From the human T2T-CHM13v2.0 reference genome, Homo sapiens: 64,000 nt of DNA. Positions 29,257 through 42,961 of this stretch are shown piece by piece (position 1 is the stretch's first letter; the number at the start of each line of letters is the position of its first letter). The stretch lies in assembly GCF_009914755.1 (NCBI RefSeq), contig NC_060928.1; one strand, 5' to 3'. The position numbers were made by a program, and so were the translations under genes. A model generated the notes under the pieces. The model ran no database searches. It was given only the letters and a program-made list of their open reading frames with translations, and was not told where the DNA came from.

Positions 29257-29417
29257 TATAATACTTAGCTGCAGCATGGACTCAGCATCTCAGCAACAGA
29301 GTGTCCTTCCCCTTATGTAGCACTACCAGTTCATCTGGCCCTTTTCTGTTTGTGTCTTTCTGTAGGACAAGACATACGGGAAGGCCGCACCTTTGCATCT
29401 TACTGTCTGTGTAAGTA

Positions 29418-29740
29418 CAGTTGACCCTCCCTATCTAAGGGTTCTGCATCCTTGGATCCAACCAACCACAGATGAAAAATAGTCCGAAAAAAAAAAGTAT
29501 GTACTGAACATGCAGAATTGTTTCTTGTCATTATTCTTTAAACAATACATTGTAACAACTATTTCCATAGTATTAGGTATTATAAGTAATCCAGAAATGA
29601 TTTTAAGTATACAAGAGGGTATACATAGGTTATATGCAAATACTACACCATTTTTATATCAGGGATTTGAGCATCCATGAATTCTGGTATCTGAAGGAGG
29701 TCCTGGGACCAGTCCTCCACACATACTGGGGGGATGACTG
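29418..29740 (-). mobile_element. MER2 (TcMar-Tigger MITE)
   Basis: TIRs cagttgaccctcc ... gggggatgactg, flanked by TA target duplications. Confidence 0.85.
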
Positions 29741-30589
29741 TAATAAAACAGTCTTACAAGGGCCTGTTTCTCTACTGGCCGAATCCATCAGCCTTTGCTT
29801 GACATTTCCCATTCGGGATTTTGGTACTTACCATTCCCTCTTCCTGCGTTGCCATTCCCCTGAGCTTTTGCAAGGCCAACAATAACTGATTGTTCTCTCT
29901 TCCTTTAGGTCTGAGCTTAAAAGTGTTCTCTCTATCTAAAGCATCTCTACCCCCACACCCTTGCTACTCTTGGTTAATCTCTATCACAGCACCCAGTTTA
30001 GGATCACTGGACACATAATGACAGTGATTAATGATCTAGGAATGTTTGCTATAATTTCTGGTGGTGAGGGAGGGTGTTAAGTTCAGATTTCCATTTTGGG
30101 CAGAGGAGTTGGCTCATATAATTAGCAGACTGGTAGAAAGCCCTGTAGGTCCTTAGAAGTTGGACATTTGGAAACAGCTTTGTTTTTTGCTATCACCAAA
30201 CCTCTTAGATTCTAATATCTTGCTTTTAATGTTTATTATCCATGCAATTATCTGAATCCACTATTATCTCTGAACAGAAAAATGCTGTTATATGCTTATT
30301 TTTCTATATCCAAGACTTATTCTTGAGACAATCCCGCTTTAGATTACATTGTGATTTCTCTTGAACTCTTTTTTTAAAGCAGGTTTGAAAGTCCACATAG
30401 TTTATTTTCATTGGTTTCCCTCTGTTTGTGTATTTATTTATTTGTACCATGTCATGAGTTAGTCAACGTAGGTTTGCTTTAAAATAATTATATGTTCAGA
30501 CCCTTGTAAAATCTTAAAAAATGTATGTGTGTTTGGATGTTGCAAATACAAATATCAGTCTGTTAGGCAAAAATTGTGGAAACCACAAC

Positions 30590-33500
30590 TAAGGTTTGCG
30601 TCACTTGTTTAATATACAAAGTCTTTCACAGATAATTATTTTCTTTTTCTTAATTTGCTTTAGTACACATGATTCACAAAACAGTAAATTGTTAATGCAA
30701 GAGAATTATGTAAAACCAAAATAGTACAAATGCCTAATTTCAAAAACTGCACACAGTTAAAATAATTTTTCCTTCTTTGTTTTAATGCAGTATCCAGTTT
30801 CAAAATGGGCTTTCTTTAGATGTGGAGGAAACACTGCAGCCCAAAATAACAGTACTTCCTTTCAACTGTGTTGATATGTAAAATAGCACCATTGGGCTGA
30901 CTTAGGAAAGAAAAAAGGTTTTCATCTTTCTTAATTAAAGTATTATATAACAACTATAATAATAATGATACTAATAACTTTTAAGAGCTGTACTCTGTTC
31001 TAAAATATTCATTTTCAAGGCAAGGAAGGGTAAACTATATGGGGCAGATAGAAAAATCTTCCCACCTCAGCCCCAGGACCCTTATAATGTCCCTTAATGG
31101 TGTCATTGTTCTAATGAGCTAATTTTCCTGCCAAAGAATAGATGTTTTAAAGAGTACCCAAGGACCTTTTGTAAAACAAGATAAAAAACCATGAGGTCGT
31201 CTGTCTGGGACTATAATCACGTGTAGAAGCAGCGCAGAGTGAGATTTAATGCTGGGGTGTTTTGAAAGACTCCTTCAGTCTACACCTATCTTCCTTCAGG
31301 TTACACATTGCTGTATCTCAGGTTGTTGGGCTCACTTTAGTTTAGATTTTGTTCATTTTTATTTTGTTTTTGTACTTAAGCTTAATTGCCTTTTGGGCTT
31401 TACTTTTTAAAAAATTGGAATTTCTTTCTTTTACAATTTAATCTTTACTCCTGTACGATAAGAGTGATAGTTCTTTAAAAAAATTAACAGCATCAATGTC
31501 TGGTTTATGGTATTGATAATACTGAAGATTCATGATTATAAAGAGCCAAGGTTTTTAACACAACTGTAATTTCATTCTTCAATTTTAGTCCTTTTTTTTT
31601 CAATTCCATTTTATTTCTTCCACGAGCAGGTAAACATGCCTCAAAATTTGCATTCCGTAGAGCAGTTTTTCTTTTTGAAGGGTATAGTCAGTCAGTCTAC
31701 AAAAAAGCACTGCCACAAAGCTAAATCGTTTTACTGTTTGAAAGGGCAAATGCTCCATTGCCACACAGAATGTAAAAAGAAAATAATCAACATTAGATTT
31801 TAAATGCAGGTAGTTATTTCAGATGTTTGAACCATAAACAAACAACCATTGCTGAAAAGCTTCTTAAAAGCTTGAAATTCAGAACTTCAGGGTTTCAAAA
31901 AGTCAGAAGAATAGCAAAATCAAGTGTTGACTTTTAACCTGCCAGGAAGCTATATTATATTATTTTCTCATTTCAACAATGTCCAAGCCCATAAAAGTTA
32001 ACTGCAAGAATTTAGGTATAGTTTTAAAATCCCATGTCCTCTTTTACTATTAATAGAATAATGCTTACCTTTGCTTTTTATTCTAGAAATGTTTTCTTAG
32101 TGTTAAAAGTGTAGCCCTTAATAAATGAGGCTTTATTTTAGCCGATCATCCTCCACTGTGAAATCAGCCCTGCAACGTATCTTGTTTAGGTTCGTACAGA
32201 ATTTAAACAATATTTTCCATGTTAATTAAAGTAAATAATTATTTTACTTTCAGAGCAAACAAAAGAGAAATCAACATTTCTTTGTTTGCTGGTGTCTGGA
32301 TGTTTTTCCCCGGGAATATCTGTAAGCAGCATGTTGCCATTACTAACCCACAGGGAAAATGGATTAGTAAAAAGCTTAGGACAATTAACAGGAAAATTGC
32401 ATTAAGGTTAATCCCTTGGATATGGTGCCATGGTTAAATCACCCACAGATTTGTTATTCATAAATGTATTTATCTTAAATATTTAAAATGGGCATTTAAG
32501 AGGAATTTAATATACAGTTTGTTTAAGGTCCACATGTTTTTTAAAATGTTAATTACTTATATCCTTATTTATACAGAATTTTTGGTTCAGTTTAGTTACC
32601 TCAACTTTGCTTTCCCTGTGCTTATAACAAGTTTTAAGAAAGATGAGTTTTAAACCTTTTGTTTCCTGACTGAATACCTTAACATTTTCCCCGCATATAT
32701 ACATGAATACACACACGCCATACACACACACAAAATTGACATTGTTTACCTTTTGTTTATTTCTAGGAATCAAGACTATTTGGACTCAGTGTCAGCCACT
32801 ACTAATATTTATACCATCTTTCTCCTCATTTAAAGGTTTGTTTTTTTTTTCCCTTTTTCCTATGATCTGTGAAGAACAAGCACACTGATAATTACAAAGT
32901 GCATCCATGTGATACCCAGATTTGTGCAGTGTGATACTCATGCTTTGGTTCTTATGGCCATCATTGCCTTTTCATGTTAATAAATAATGACAGCTAACAA
33001 AAATAAGTCACCTTTTTTAATGTAGGACATCTTTCTTTGACAGGCTACTGTATCTATAATCACCGTTAATCTAGCTCACTGCAATGTCATTCACACATCA
33101 GTTTTACATGAATATGCAAAGAACACAATAATCAACTGTCAAACCTAAACGATTAATTACTTATCACAGAATCTGTTGAATATTTTTGTTTTCTAACTGA
33201 GCAAGGGAAATCCTGTCAGCTTTTAAAAGTAAGGGCTAGATTCTTAGTCATAATTACTCATCATCTGTCAAGTTGACACCTCATATGGATGAAATAAGCC
33301 TTACACATTTGATTTAATAACAAAAATAGGTAATTTTATTCCCCTATTGTAAGTACTTCATAGTAACAATTTATTTATTTCACAACTCTGCTATAGGCAG
33401 ATTGTTTTATCTTTCTATACTTTTGGATTTTTACCCTTTAGAGATGTGAACTTCATCTGACTTTAAAATGAGGACACTTAATTTAATGCTTTTAAAAATC

Positions 33501-34629
33501 ATAACTAACTTTTGTGAGACTTTGAAATAAAAGAATGAATTAAACTGTTTTGAAATACTCAACAACTGTTAAATAAAGCAGAAGCTTAGTCTCTAATTTT
33601 ACGGCTGTGCTATCCAATATAGTTAATTCAAGTTGAAGTGTACTTTTAAATTACCAACTGGATTTTGAAAACTTGGTTCAAGAAACAGATGTAAACTATC
33701 AATCAATCAATCAATTTTTTATATTGATGACGTTGAAATAACATATAGTGTTTTTAAAAAATCAAAATTCATTTTAACAAACAAACATTTATTTTTACTT
33801 TTTAAAATAGGGCTACTGGGAAGTTAAATATTTGTATCTGTGGCCTGCATTTGTGGCTGTTGTGTTTCTATTGGACAGCACTGTATTAGAGGAACCAGAT
33901 GAAAATAAATATAAGACCTGATAACAGTTCTGTGGGTATTTAACAGAGCTAATTATATCCGAACATTTTCTGAAAATCTTTTGCGTGACTTAAACAAACA
34001 TAATTAATTCCAAATATCAATGTCTTCAAATGTATATTGCATCTATTTAAAAAAAACATGCATCTGTCAAAATAACCAGACTCCACTAAACCATACAAAT
34101 CTGTTAGCTGTCAAAGCATATCAAAATATGCATCCTCCAAGTTCACTTCCAATGTGACTTAGGGATAATGCAGACAATTTCAGGCTTAAAACCAAATATG
34201 TTAGTTATTATTTCCAGATGAGACAGTTAACATTACAAGGCCCTAGAAGTAATACACATCGCAATTCAAGTCTGTATTCTTGAACTTTTCCCCTGTTACT
34301 GTGAAGAAGAGTATCATGGGTCCATTTAATCTTTGATTACTGCCTAAAAGCATTCATTGCCCCAGTAGTTCTTAATTGTCTTGGAAATCATTCTCTTGCA
34401 AACTTCACATTTCCATATCATACTTTACTTTACGCTATTACTTCATGGGCTCCTGGGCATTTGGTCTGTTTGTTTTTCTCCTTTCCTCTTTGAACAAAGT
34501 CAGGAAAAATGTGTCAGTAGGAGAAAGGAGGAGCTGAAGGGAGTAAATAATTCAAGATCACTTCTGTCATTTGTAGTGGCTGAGGGCTAGAAAGATATTC
34601 TTCGGTGAAGAAACTCCCAACAGGTTCCA
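30590..34629 (-). other. MARCHF1: MARCHF1 3' UTR (about 4 kb, AU-rich)
   Basis: Follows the TGA at 34630-34632 and is largely repeat-free. Candidate PAS ATTAAA (+ strand tttaat 30608-30613) with a GU-rich downstream element. More distal AATAAA at 30433, 30401 and 30232. The true end is uncertain. Confidence 0.6.
33605..33883. mobile_element. MER33/MER3-type hAT-Charlie MITE inside the MARCHF1 3' UTR
   Basis: TIRs ctgtgctatccaata (33605-33619) and tattggacagcactg (33869-33883). Confidence 0.7.
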
Positions 34630-34928
34630 TCAGACTGATACAACTTCAGGGGGGCCACCCTCTGCAGATGGCAGTGAATTTGCACCTGTTTGTGGTACAG
34701 GCACTACCACAGCATCTTTGATGTCTGTGTTTACATTACATGAGAAGTTCTTCTCCAGTTTTTTGGCAGTGTCTGGGCAATTTTGTACAAAGATCACACG
34801 GTTGTAGGCCTTCAGCCTGCGCCACAACTGAACATAGACTTTACACTGTACGTACATGAAGACAAGACCTCCTGTGAAGCCAATGGCTACCACAACCAGT
34901 TTTGTCCAAAATGGCCATTCAAGGACAC
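34630..34928 (-). CDS. MARCHF1: MARCHF1 (MARCH1) last coding exon: TM2 and cytoplasmic tail ([52 protein letters not shown]...PEVVSV*)
   Basis: Lies within ORF 34630..35127. Acceptor ttttctctttttcatttcaaag, and the phase matches the upstream exon (AAT G|GT). MARCH1/8 signature with the MARCH1-type tail. Confidence 0.95.
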
Positions 34929-35707
34929 CTTTGAAATGAAAAAGAGAAAATGTTATCACCAAGTTGTCCTCAGTGGATTTGGTCATTTTTTTTTTTCTAT
35001 GACCCTTCAAAAGCCCGTGCTTGCCTTCTAGATTATGTATGTTAACAGAAATATATTCTTCATAACTAGAAAGAATTATAACCCGAATTGGCGTAATTCC
35101 TTTTGAGTATCCTACATGTACTGTCAAAATTGTATATCAGGACATTTTCTCACCTATCACTGTCAAATCTCTTATTTCTCCTAGCATCAAGTACCTATCA
35201 TAATTATGAGATATTATGTTAGATTTTGGACATTTGGACACTGACATTTATCCCTTATAGCTAGACTTTTAAGGAAGGATGGTGAACATAATGGAAGAAT
35301 CAGAGTTTAAAATCCTTCTAAGAAGATGAGGTATAGGTACATGTATGGGTTTGTATGTACAGGTCTTCCCACCCTCATTTATTTTAAAATGTAAAAGGAA
35401 AGGAAGGAATGGAAGAAGGGAGATGGGGAGGAGTAAGAGGGAGGGGAAGGAAAAAGCTGCCACATCTCACCAGAGAGAGAATTCCTGAGTACAAACATGC
35501 AAAAGATTTAGGATTTTAGCCATTTGTTTCATAAATCATATTTTGTCATTGAGAACCATCACACTTTTATAGATGTCTATATTTTCTCTTAATTTCCATC
35601 ACCATTACTAGAAATAGGCTTTCTTTTGTAAATACAGTTTTAAAAATTATTTCACAGGCATTTCAGTGACTACAACAGTGAGTATTTAGGCAATACATAA
35701 TTATGAA

Positions 35708-35753
35708 TGTTAAATATATGAGGGTCAAGAGTGTTAAATATATGAGGGTCAAG
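35708..35753. repeat. 22-bp direct repeat x2 (period 24)
   Basis: tgttaaatatatgagggtcaag at 35708-35729 and 35732-35753. Confidence 0.9.
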
Positions 35754-36769
35754 TGGTCCTCTTGCCCACATTAGGGTGGTGTGGGGGACAATAGCTGTCT
35801 TCCCGTAAGTGAAAAGTTGTGAAGTAGAAAAATATAGCTCAGTATGGCTCAATACAGTGCACCAGGAAGGGATGGTAGAAATGTGTAAAAACCATGGTAA
35901 TTGAGAGTCTATGATTTGACTTTGGATTTTTATTTACTTACAACAGTGATTAGAGTTATAAGAAATATCCTATCTATATTTTGTAGTAGTGACATTTGCT
36001 TTATGCTTCTGGAAGCAAAGCAGAAATCATGCCCTGTTTGTTTCCATCATGATGAAGCACCTTGTACCCTAAGATTAACCAAAAATAACAGCGTTACCCT
36101 GTCAATTTCTGGTCCCAAAATAATGAAACATTGAGTATTTCTTATAATCCCAGATCCCCAGCAAACACCATTTTATTCTTGACTTTTATTTAGCTCATGT
36201 TGCAAGATCTTTCTGAATATGATCATCATGTGATAAGATTTTGTTTTTTCTCCATGAACAAATTAATGCAAACTTAGTAATCATGGTAATCTTCTTTATA
36301 TTTTTCTTTAAATACCTGTTATATTTTTCACTTGCTTATCCAGTTTTTCTGAAGTCTGACTCCCTTGAGCCTTTTCAAGTAAACTCTTTTTCTTTTCAAA
36401 ATGCTTTGGCTCTGACTCTTCCTTTGAAATTTTTGGGGAAAAAATGTTCTCTGATCTTAAAAGGGATTGTAAGAAAACATGAAAAGCCTCTCACTGTTGT
36501 TGATGTTTCATTAATTTGTTGCTCTGTTTGGCACTGTCAATTTAAAATAAATTTCTATGCCTCTTTCAGCAATCAAATCTGAACTTAGTTTTTGAGTAGA
36601 TTAAATATATGCAATCAAATTTATTAGAACCTTTACCGGTAGCAAAGGTAAATTTTTTCTAACTAACTCCTAATATGCAAGGACTTCTTTATGACTTGAA
36701 TAATTCATAGTAGTCATCATCTTGAATATTTACTTAATCCTAATGGAAATAATACTTCAAAATATCATT

Positions 36770-39555
36770 GGCCAAAGCTCACACAGGAGAAATAAGAGAT
36801 CATTACAGTGGCAGGTGTAATTAATAGGCAGATAATTAAATATCCCTAGATCTATTAAAGAAATTAAATCAACCATAACCTTTCAGAGCAGAAAGCACCA
36901 AGCTCAAATAGTTTTACTAGTGGATTCTACCAAACATTTAAAGAAGAAATGCCATCAATGTTCTACAGTCTTTTCCAGAAAATAGAAGAGATAATACTTC
37001 CTAACTAATCGGGTGAGACTAGCATTACCCAATACTAAATTCGGCAAAGACAATTACTATGAAGAAAAGTTATAGGCCAGTATCTCTCATGAACAGATAC
37101 AAAAATTCTCAACAAAATATTAGCAAATTGAATTCAACAATGTATAAAAACAGTTACACACTACAGCCAATAGAGATTTATTCTAGGTATGCAAAGTTGG
37201 TTCAAGTTTCAGAAATCAATGTAATCACATCAATTAGCTAAAGAAAAATGTGAATATATCAATAAGTGCAGAAAACACATTTGACAAAATACGACGCTCA
37301 ATCATGATAAAAACTAGGAACGGAAGGGAATTTCCTTAATGCGATAAAGAACATAGAAAACCTATAGCTGACATAATGGTAAGAAACTAGATGCTTTCCC
37401 CCTAAGATCAGGAACAAGACAAGGATGTTCCTTCTTACCATGCCTATTCCGCATCACACTGGAAGTCTTAGCTAATGCAATAAAACAAGAATAATAAAAG
37501 ATGATTGAGAAAGAATAAATAAAACTATCTTTGTTCACAAATGATATGATTATGTATAAAATCTCAAAGAACTGATTAAGTTTTTTTTTTAAATAGGTGA
37601 TTATGACAATGTTGCAGGATACAAAGTTTTACAAAAAGTCAATTGCTTTCCTATATATAGCAGTGAACAACCAGAATTTGAAATTAAAAACATAAGCCCA
37701 TTTACATTTGTGCCAACAAAACAAAAACAATGACAACAACAAAAACCTTAGGTGTAAACCTAACAAAATATGTACAAGATTTATGTGAGAAAAACTATGA
37801 AGCTATGATGAAGGAAATAAAAGAATATCTGAATGAAATAAGATGTTCCACATTTATGGATAGGGAGACTTAATATTATATTATTAAGATATCTATTCTT
37901 CCCAGTTTGATCTACAGATTCAATACTATCCCATTCAGAATTCCAGCAAGTTATTTTATGGATATTGACAAACTGATTCTAAAGTGTATATGGAGAGCAA
38001 AAGACCAGAATAGCCAACACAATATTGAAGTGGAAGAACAAAGTTTTTGAAAACTGACACTATCCTTGATTACTACCACTACGGTGATCAAGACAGTGTG
38101 GTATCAATGAAAGAATAAAGAAATAAATCATTGAAACAGAATAGCCCAGAAATAGACTGATACAAATATAGGAAACTGATCTTTAACAAAGGAGCAAAGG
38201 CAATTCAATGGAGAAGGGATAGTCTTTTTAACAAATGGGTGCTGGTATAACAATATCTGCATGCGAATAAATGAGTCTGTAAACAGACCTTAAATTTTTC
38301 ACAAAAATTAACTCAAAATGGATTATAGAACTAAATGTAAACTGTGAAACTATACAGCTTCTAAAAGATAAGAAAATTCAGGTGACCAAAGTATGATCTA
38401 TGAAAAGAAAAATGGATCAATTGGACTTTATTAAAACTAAAACCTTTTGCTCTGAGGAAGTCACTGTTAAGAGAATGAAAAGCCACAGGAAAAAATATTT
38501 GCAAAACATATTCTGAAAAAGGGATTTGTATCCAAAATATACAAAGATCTGTTAACATTCAATGATAAGAAAATAACCTAATTACAAAATGAGCAAAAGA
38601 TTTGAACAGATATGTCATCAATGAAGATAAACAGATGGTAAGATTATTAATATATGTGATTAGAGAATTGCACATTAAAACAAGATATCATTATATACCT
38701 ATTAGAATGGCTAAAGTTTTAAAAAAGAACACTGAAAACACTGAACGTTGGAAAGGATGTGGAACGACAAGCAGGAATTCTCATTCATTGCTGATAGGTA
38801 TGCAAAATGGTACAGTCACTTTGGAAGACAGTCTGGCAGTTTTTTACAATGGTAACCACAGCTTTTCAAATGATACAACATTATACTTATTCAAATGAAC
38901 AAAAACTTACGTCCACACAAAAACCTGCACACAAATGTTTGTAGCAGCTTTATTCATATATTTGTTCAAAGCTGGAAATACCAAGTGGTTTTTCAATCTG
39001 TGAATGAATAAACTGTGATACATCCATGTAATGGAGTATTATTTAGTGATTAAAAAGAAATGAGCTATCAAGCTACAAAAGGACACGAAGAAACCTTAAA
39101 TGTATATTGCTAAATAAAAGAGGTCAGTCTGAAAAAGCTACATACTGCGTGATTCCAACTATGTGACATTCTAGAAAAGGCAAAACTGGAGATAGTAGGA
39201 TCAGTGTTTGCCAACAGTTTAGGAGGAGAAAGGAAGGGATGAATAGGTGGAACACAGGGACTTTTTAAGGCGGCAACACCATTCTGTATGATTCTGTAAC
39301 GGTGGACACAGGACGTTACACGTTTGTCAAAACTCATAGAACTGTACAACACAAAGAGTGAGCCCCAATGTAACTATGAACTTTAATAATGTAAGAATAT
39401 TGGCTCCTCAGTGGTAACAAATGTACCACGTTGAGGCAAGATGTTAATAACAGGAGAAACCTTGTGTATGTGCAGGGTGGTATGTGGGAACTCTCTCTTT
39501 ACCTTCTTTGTAATTTTTCTGTTAACCTAAATCTGCTCCAAAAATAGTCTTTTAT
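36770..39555 (+). mobile_element. L1MC-type LINE (ORF2 3' part plus 3' UTR), decayed, ending in (TA)n
   Basis: Continuous L1 ORF2 motifs (ggattctaccaaacatttaaagaaga, taagatcaggaacaagacaaggatg, aattaactcaaaatggatt) and an L1MC 3' UTR (catttgtcaaaactcatagaactgtaca-like). Confidence 0.85.
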
Positions 39556-41715
39556 ATATAATATATATATATATATTTATATATATTAGCTCCTTACTTG
39601 AGAGATTAGTTCCATGAATTCATCACTGTGTCTAGGTCAGTTTATAGAATTTCTTCGAGTAAGAGATGGGTTTGTGAGCATTTAGGTATTTGGAAATTGG
39701 TAATGTAAGCATGATATATTTATGGAAACTATTGCACAAAAACACTCCATTTCTTTTTATCCATGCCCAATGGAGTTTATTGTGCCTAAAATTTGCTGCA
39801 GTCTTGCACAATAAATGCTCATGATCTATACCTCTATTTATTTTATCGTCATCCTCAGCTGCCTGATTTCTCTCATCCAGTGCCTTTCTTAGTAAACTTT
39901 ATCCAAAGTCCTATCTGGGTAGCTGTTTTCCAAACATTGCACATCCTAATATAGGTTTAAGCTTTAGCACATGCTATTCCTCTGTTTAGAGTGCCGCGCT
40001 CTTTACAATAAACTTCTACTAATCTTTCAGAACCCACTCCAGGGAGAAAAAGGTGCAATCTGTCATGAGGTTGGCAAACACAGCATTCGTGCCCTAATTA
40101 CTACCAACACTCTTTCCTGCTAATCCCTATGATAGCTTCATGGTTCCTAACACCACAATCTAGGTCAACTTCTGGAGTTGGCATGAGAAAAAATCTTTTT
40201 GCCATCTGGCCCAGAGGAAGAAGATGCCTTTTCACAATATTGCAAATTCCCTACATCGTAGTCCAGGAGAAACCCTATTAATGTTAACTAATTAAATGCT
40301 GTTGTTTGGAGTAAAATAGAGTAACTCTGAACTTAATAAAACTAGGAGAAAGACTGACGGTTTCATGTCTCTCCCTACCCAAGTCGCTATTTAAAAAAAT
40401 TAATTAGTGTATCATGGAGTTAAACTCTTTGAAGGAACAGATTCAATTATCAATATATTTACTTAAGAGAAGATGCTAAAAGATGTTAGAAAACAAATCG
40501 TCAAGAAAACAGACCTTTGATTTTAGAAACTTTAGAGTACGAAAATGGACTATACCAGGCATTTATCATTAATCAGTGTCTGTTAGTCGTATACAAATGT
40601 TTCCATGGTCCCTTTCTCCTATAGACTTCTTTGATCTTAAGGATAGGAATTTTAAAAATAAAAGTATGCTACTTGGATTTGATTTATTTATACAAATGCA
40701 TTTGCAACGAACACGTGTTCGATAATAGCACTGTTGTTATCTAGTGGTAATAGTGGTACTGTATCATGTATTCCAATACTCTCCAGAAACATTTTCATTT
40801 TAGGATAAAAAATACAGAAATAATTACATACAATTATGAGATGAATTGCTTTATACTTATTTATAAATTTCCCAAGTAACTTATAGACAAATATAATACT
40901 TTAAAGTAGTAATAATAATTTTTGACCATTAGTGCAACTTTTAAAAAATGTTGTTCTACTTTGACAGCACTAGTTCCTCATCTAAAGATTTTACAGTATC
41001 GTTCATAACGAAACATACGTTCCACACTTTTAACATATTCTAGGTATTCCTGCATATATTATTCATTTTTGGAAAAAAAATTGAGGGGGGTATATAAAAG
41101 AATCATTTTTCTTATAAAAAAGTTTTTAAAGAAAATATCAGGCTGATACAATACAAATTGTTTTATTCTTGATTTTTCTGGTGTTCCAGCAAAATAACTG
41201 AACTAAAAATTCAGAGTTCAAAGGCCTTTAAAGACCATCTATTTCAATTCTCCCTTCTTCTCCCCCTTTTGCTATTTCATGCCAAAGGTGAGCTTATTAC
41301 CCAATGATCTTGACCTAGTAATCTTTGATAGTGTTGAAATTTGATTTGTGTATTGCATGGAAATAGCAGTTAACTTGCTATTTTTATTTAAAAAATACTC
41401 CAAGGCAAAGTCTTCATAAGTGATTTAAAGAGTTCTGAAGAATAATCAGGAGTATGTGATGATTCTAATAGTCCCAGATAAGTGGCAGCACACATTTATA
41501 CATGGCTGGACGCCTGTGTCCATTTTTCCTGTATGCTAAGTAACACAGTGGCATCAAACGGTAGTTAGTAATAAAAAGAGCTAAATTATTCTCTATGCAG
41601 AGAGTCCATGCATTTGGAATATAGAAGGGCTTTTTTTTTTTTTCTTAAGTTCCTACTTGGCTGTCTTCATCTATGCAAGGAGAACAATCATCTGAAACAC
41701 TGACTCAGTGTAGAC

Positions 41716-41929
41716 CATAGGTTCACCACTGGGGGCAGTTTTGTTCTCTGGGGGACATTTAGCAGTGTCTAGAGACATTGTTGATTGTTGTACCTGGAGT
41801 GGGGTGCTTCTGACTTTTATTAGAGGCCAGGCATGCTGCTGGACATCCTACAATGCACAGGACAGCACCTTCCAACAAAGAATTATTCAGTTCATAATGT
41901 CCATAGTGCTGAGGTTGAGAATCCCTGCT
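41716..41929. mobile_element. MER20 hAT-Charlie MITE
   Basis: gggggacatttagcagtgtctagagacatt ... gaggccagg catgctgct ... gtgctgaggttgagaatccctg. Confidence 0.75.
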
Positions 41930-42839
41930 GTGGAAGACAATAACTTACGTCTCTTCATTGGGAAATTTGCAGAAAGGATTTGGAATATGAGCAAGACATC
42001 TTGCAGTTCTCCAAATTCAAAAGGATTTTTGCTGTAAACTTATATTAAGCAGTAGTTTCAATGTGTTTAGAAAGCTTTAACCACAGACAGACTGGAGATG
42101 AAATGTGCTTTATTTCCCATTTTTAGGGAAATTCTCATGGACTACATCCAGCTTTCTCCTCTGCTTAACCAAACTAGCAGCTGTTCCTTATACATGCCTG
42201 GAAGTTTTCCATTTCTGAGCCTTTGTCTCCGATCTTTTTTCTTTCTGTGTTTTGCTTCCCTGCTTCTATGTGTCTACTTGTTCCACAAAACCCATCTTAG
42301 AGGTCATTTCCAGCTGGAAATAAGTTTTCCCACTGTTACACTTCCATGTTATTTCTCCGTGTGCAGTATGAGCTCACTTTCTAACATAAGCATTTTTACT
42401 GTGTCATGCTATAATCTTGACGAGCACAGAATTTGTCTGGGCTGGACTTTGTTTTCCATAGTTCCTTGCTCAGTAGGTATTTCAAGGATAAATGAAAGCT
42501 TTTACAACCCCTCTTCACTGTCAGTAAAGCTATGCTTTAGATGGTAGACAATCTAAAGAAAAGTCCACTCAAGTTTCACCTCTCTTTCCAGAAACAGTGA
42601 CCAAAGCCTATAATATACCTGGGAATCTGAGCCAGGGGGAAACAGTTGCCATTTTCTCTGCCCTTTTTGGGAGACTCAGCCTGATCCCTCCACTTTCCTT
42701 CACAAGGTATCTCTGAATCAGTTTCCCCTGCCCACACCATCCTTCAATATGTTCCTGGGAAGTCAAATCTCCCACAAAACCCCTCCATTAAGTTTAGAGT
42801 GCAGAGCACCCCAATCCCCACATACAAAAGCCATCTGAG

Positions 42840-42961
42840 TACAAACTTACTGTCCAAATGACCATCTTTAACAGACAGCCTGCTCTTTTTCTTGCCTTCA
42901 TACAAACTTACTGTCCAAATGACCATCTTTAACAGACAGCCAGCTCTTTTTCTTGCCTTCA
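42840..42961. repeat. 61-bp tandem duplication (1 mismatch)
   Basis: Copies at 42840-42900 and 42901-42961. Confidence 0.95.

Noticed and set aside
34929-35127. In-frame N-terminal extension of the MARCHF1 last-exon ORF (165 aa)
   Set aside because: Intronic, with a non-ATG start. It includes the polypyrimidine tract, and the real exon begins at 34928.
37059-39352. ORFs with L1 ORF2-like peptides
   Set aside because: Fragments of a decayed L1MC with many stops and frameshifts.
42840-42961. Direct repeats as a possible CRISPR-like array
   Set aside because: Only two copies with no spacers, in mammalian DNA. It is a simple tandem duplication.
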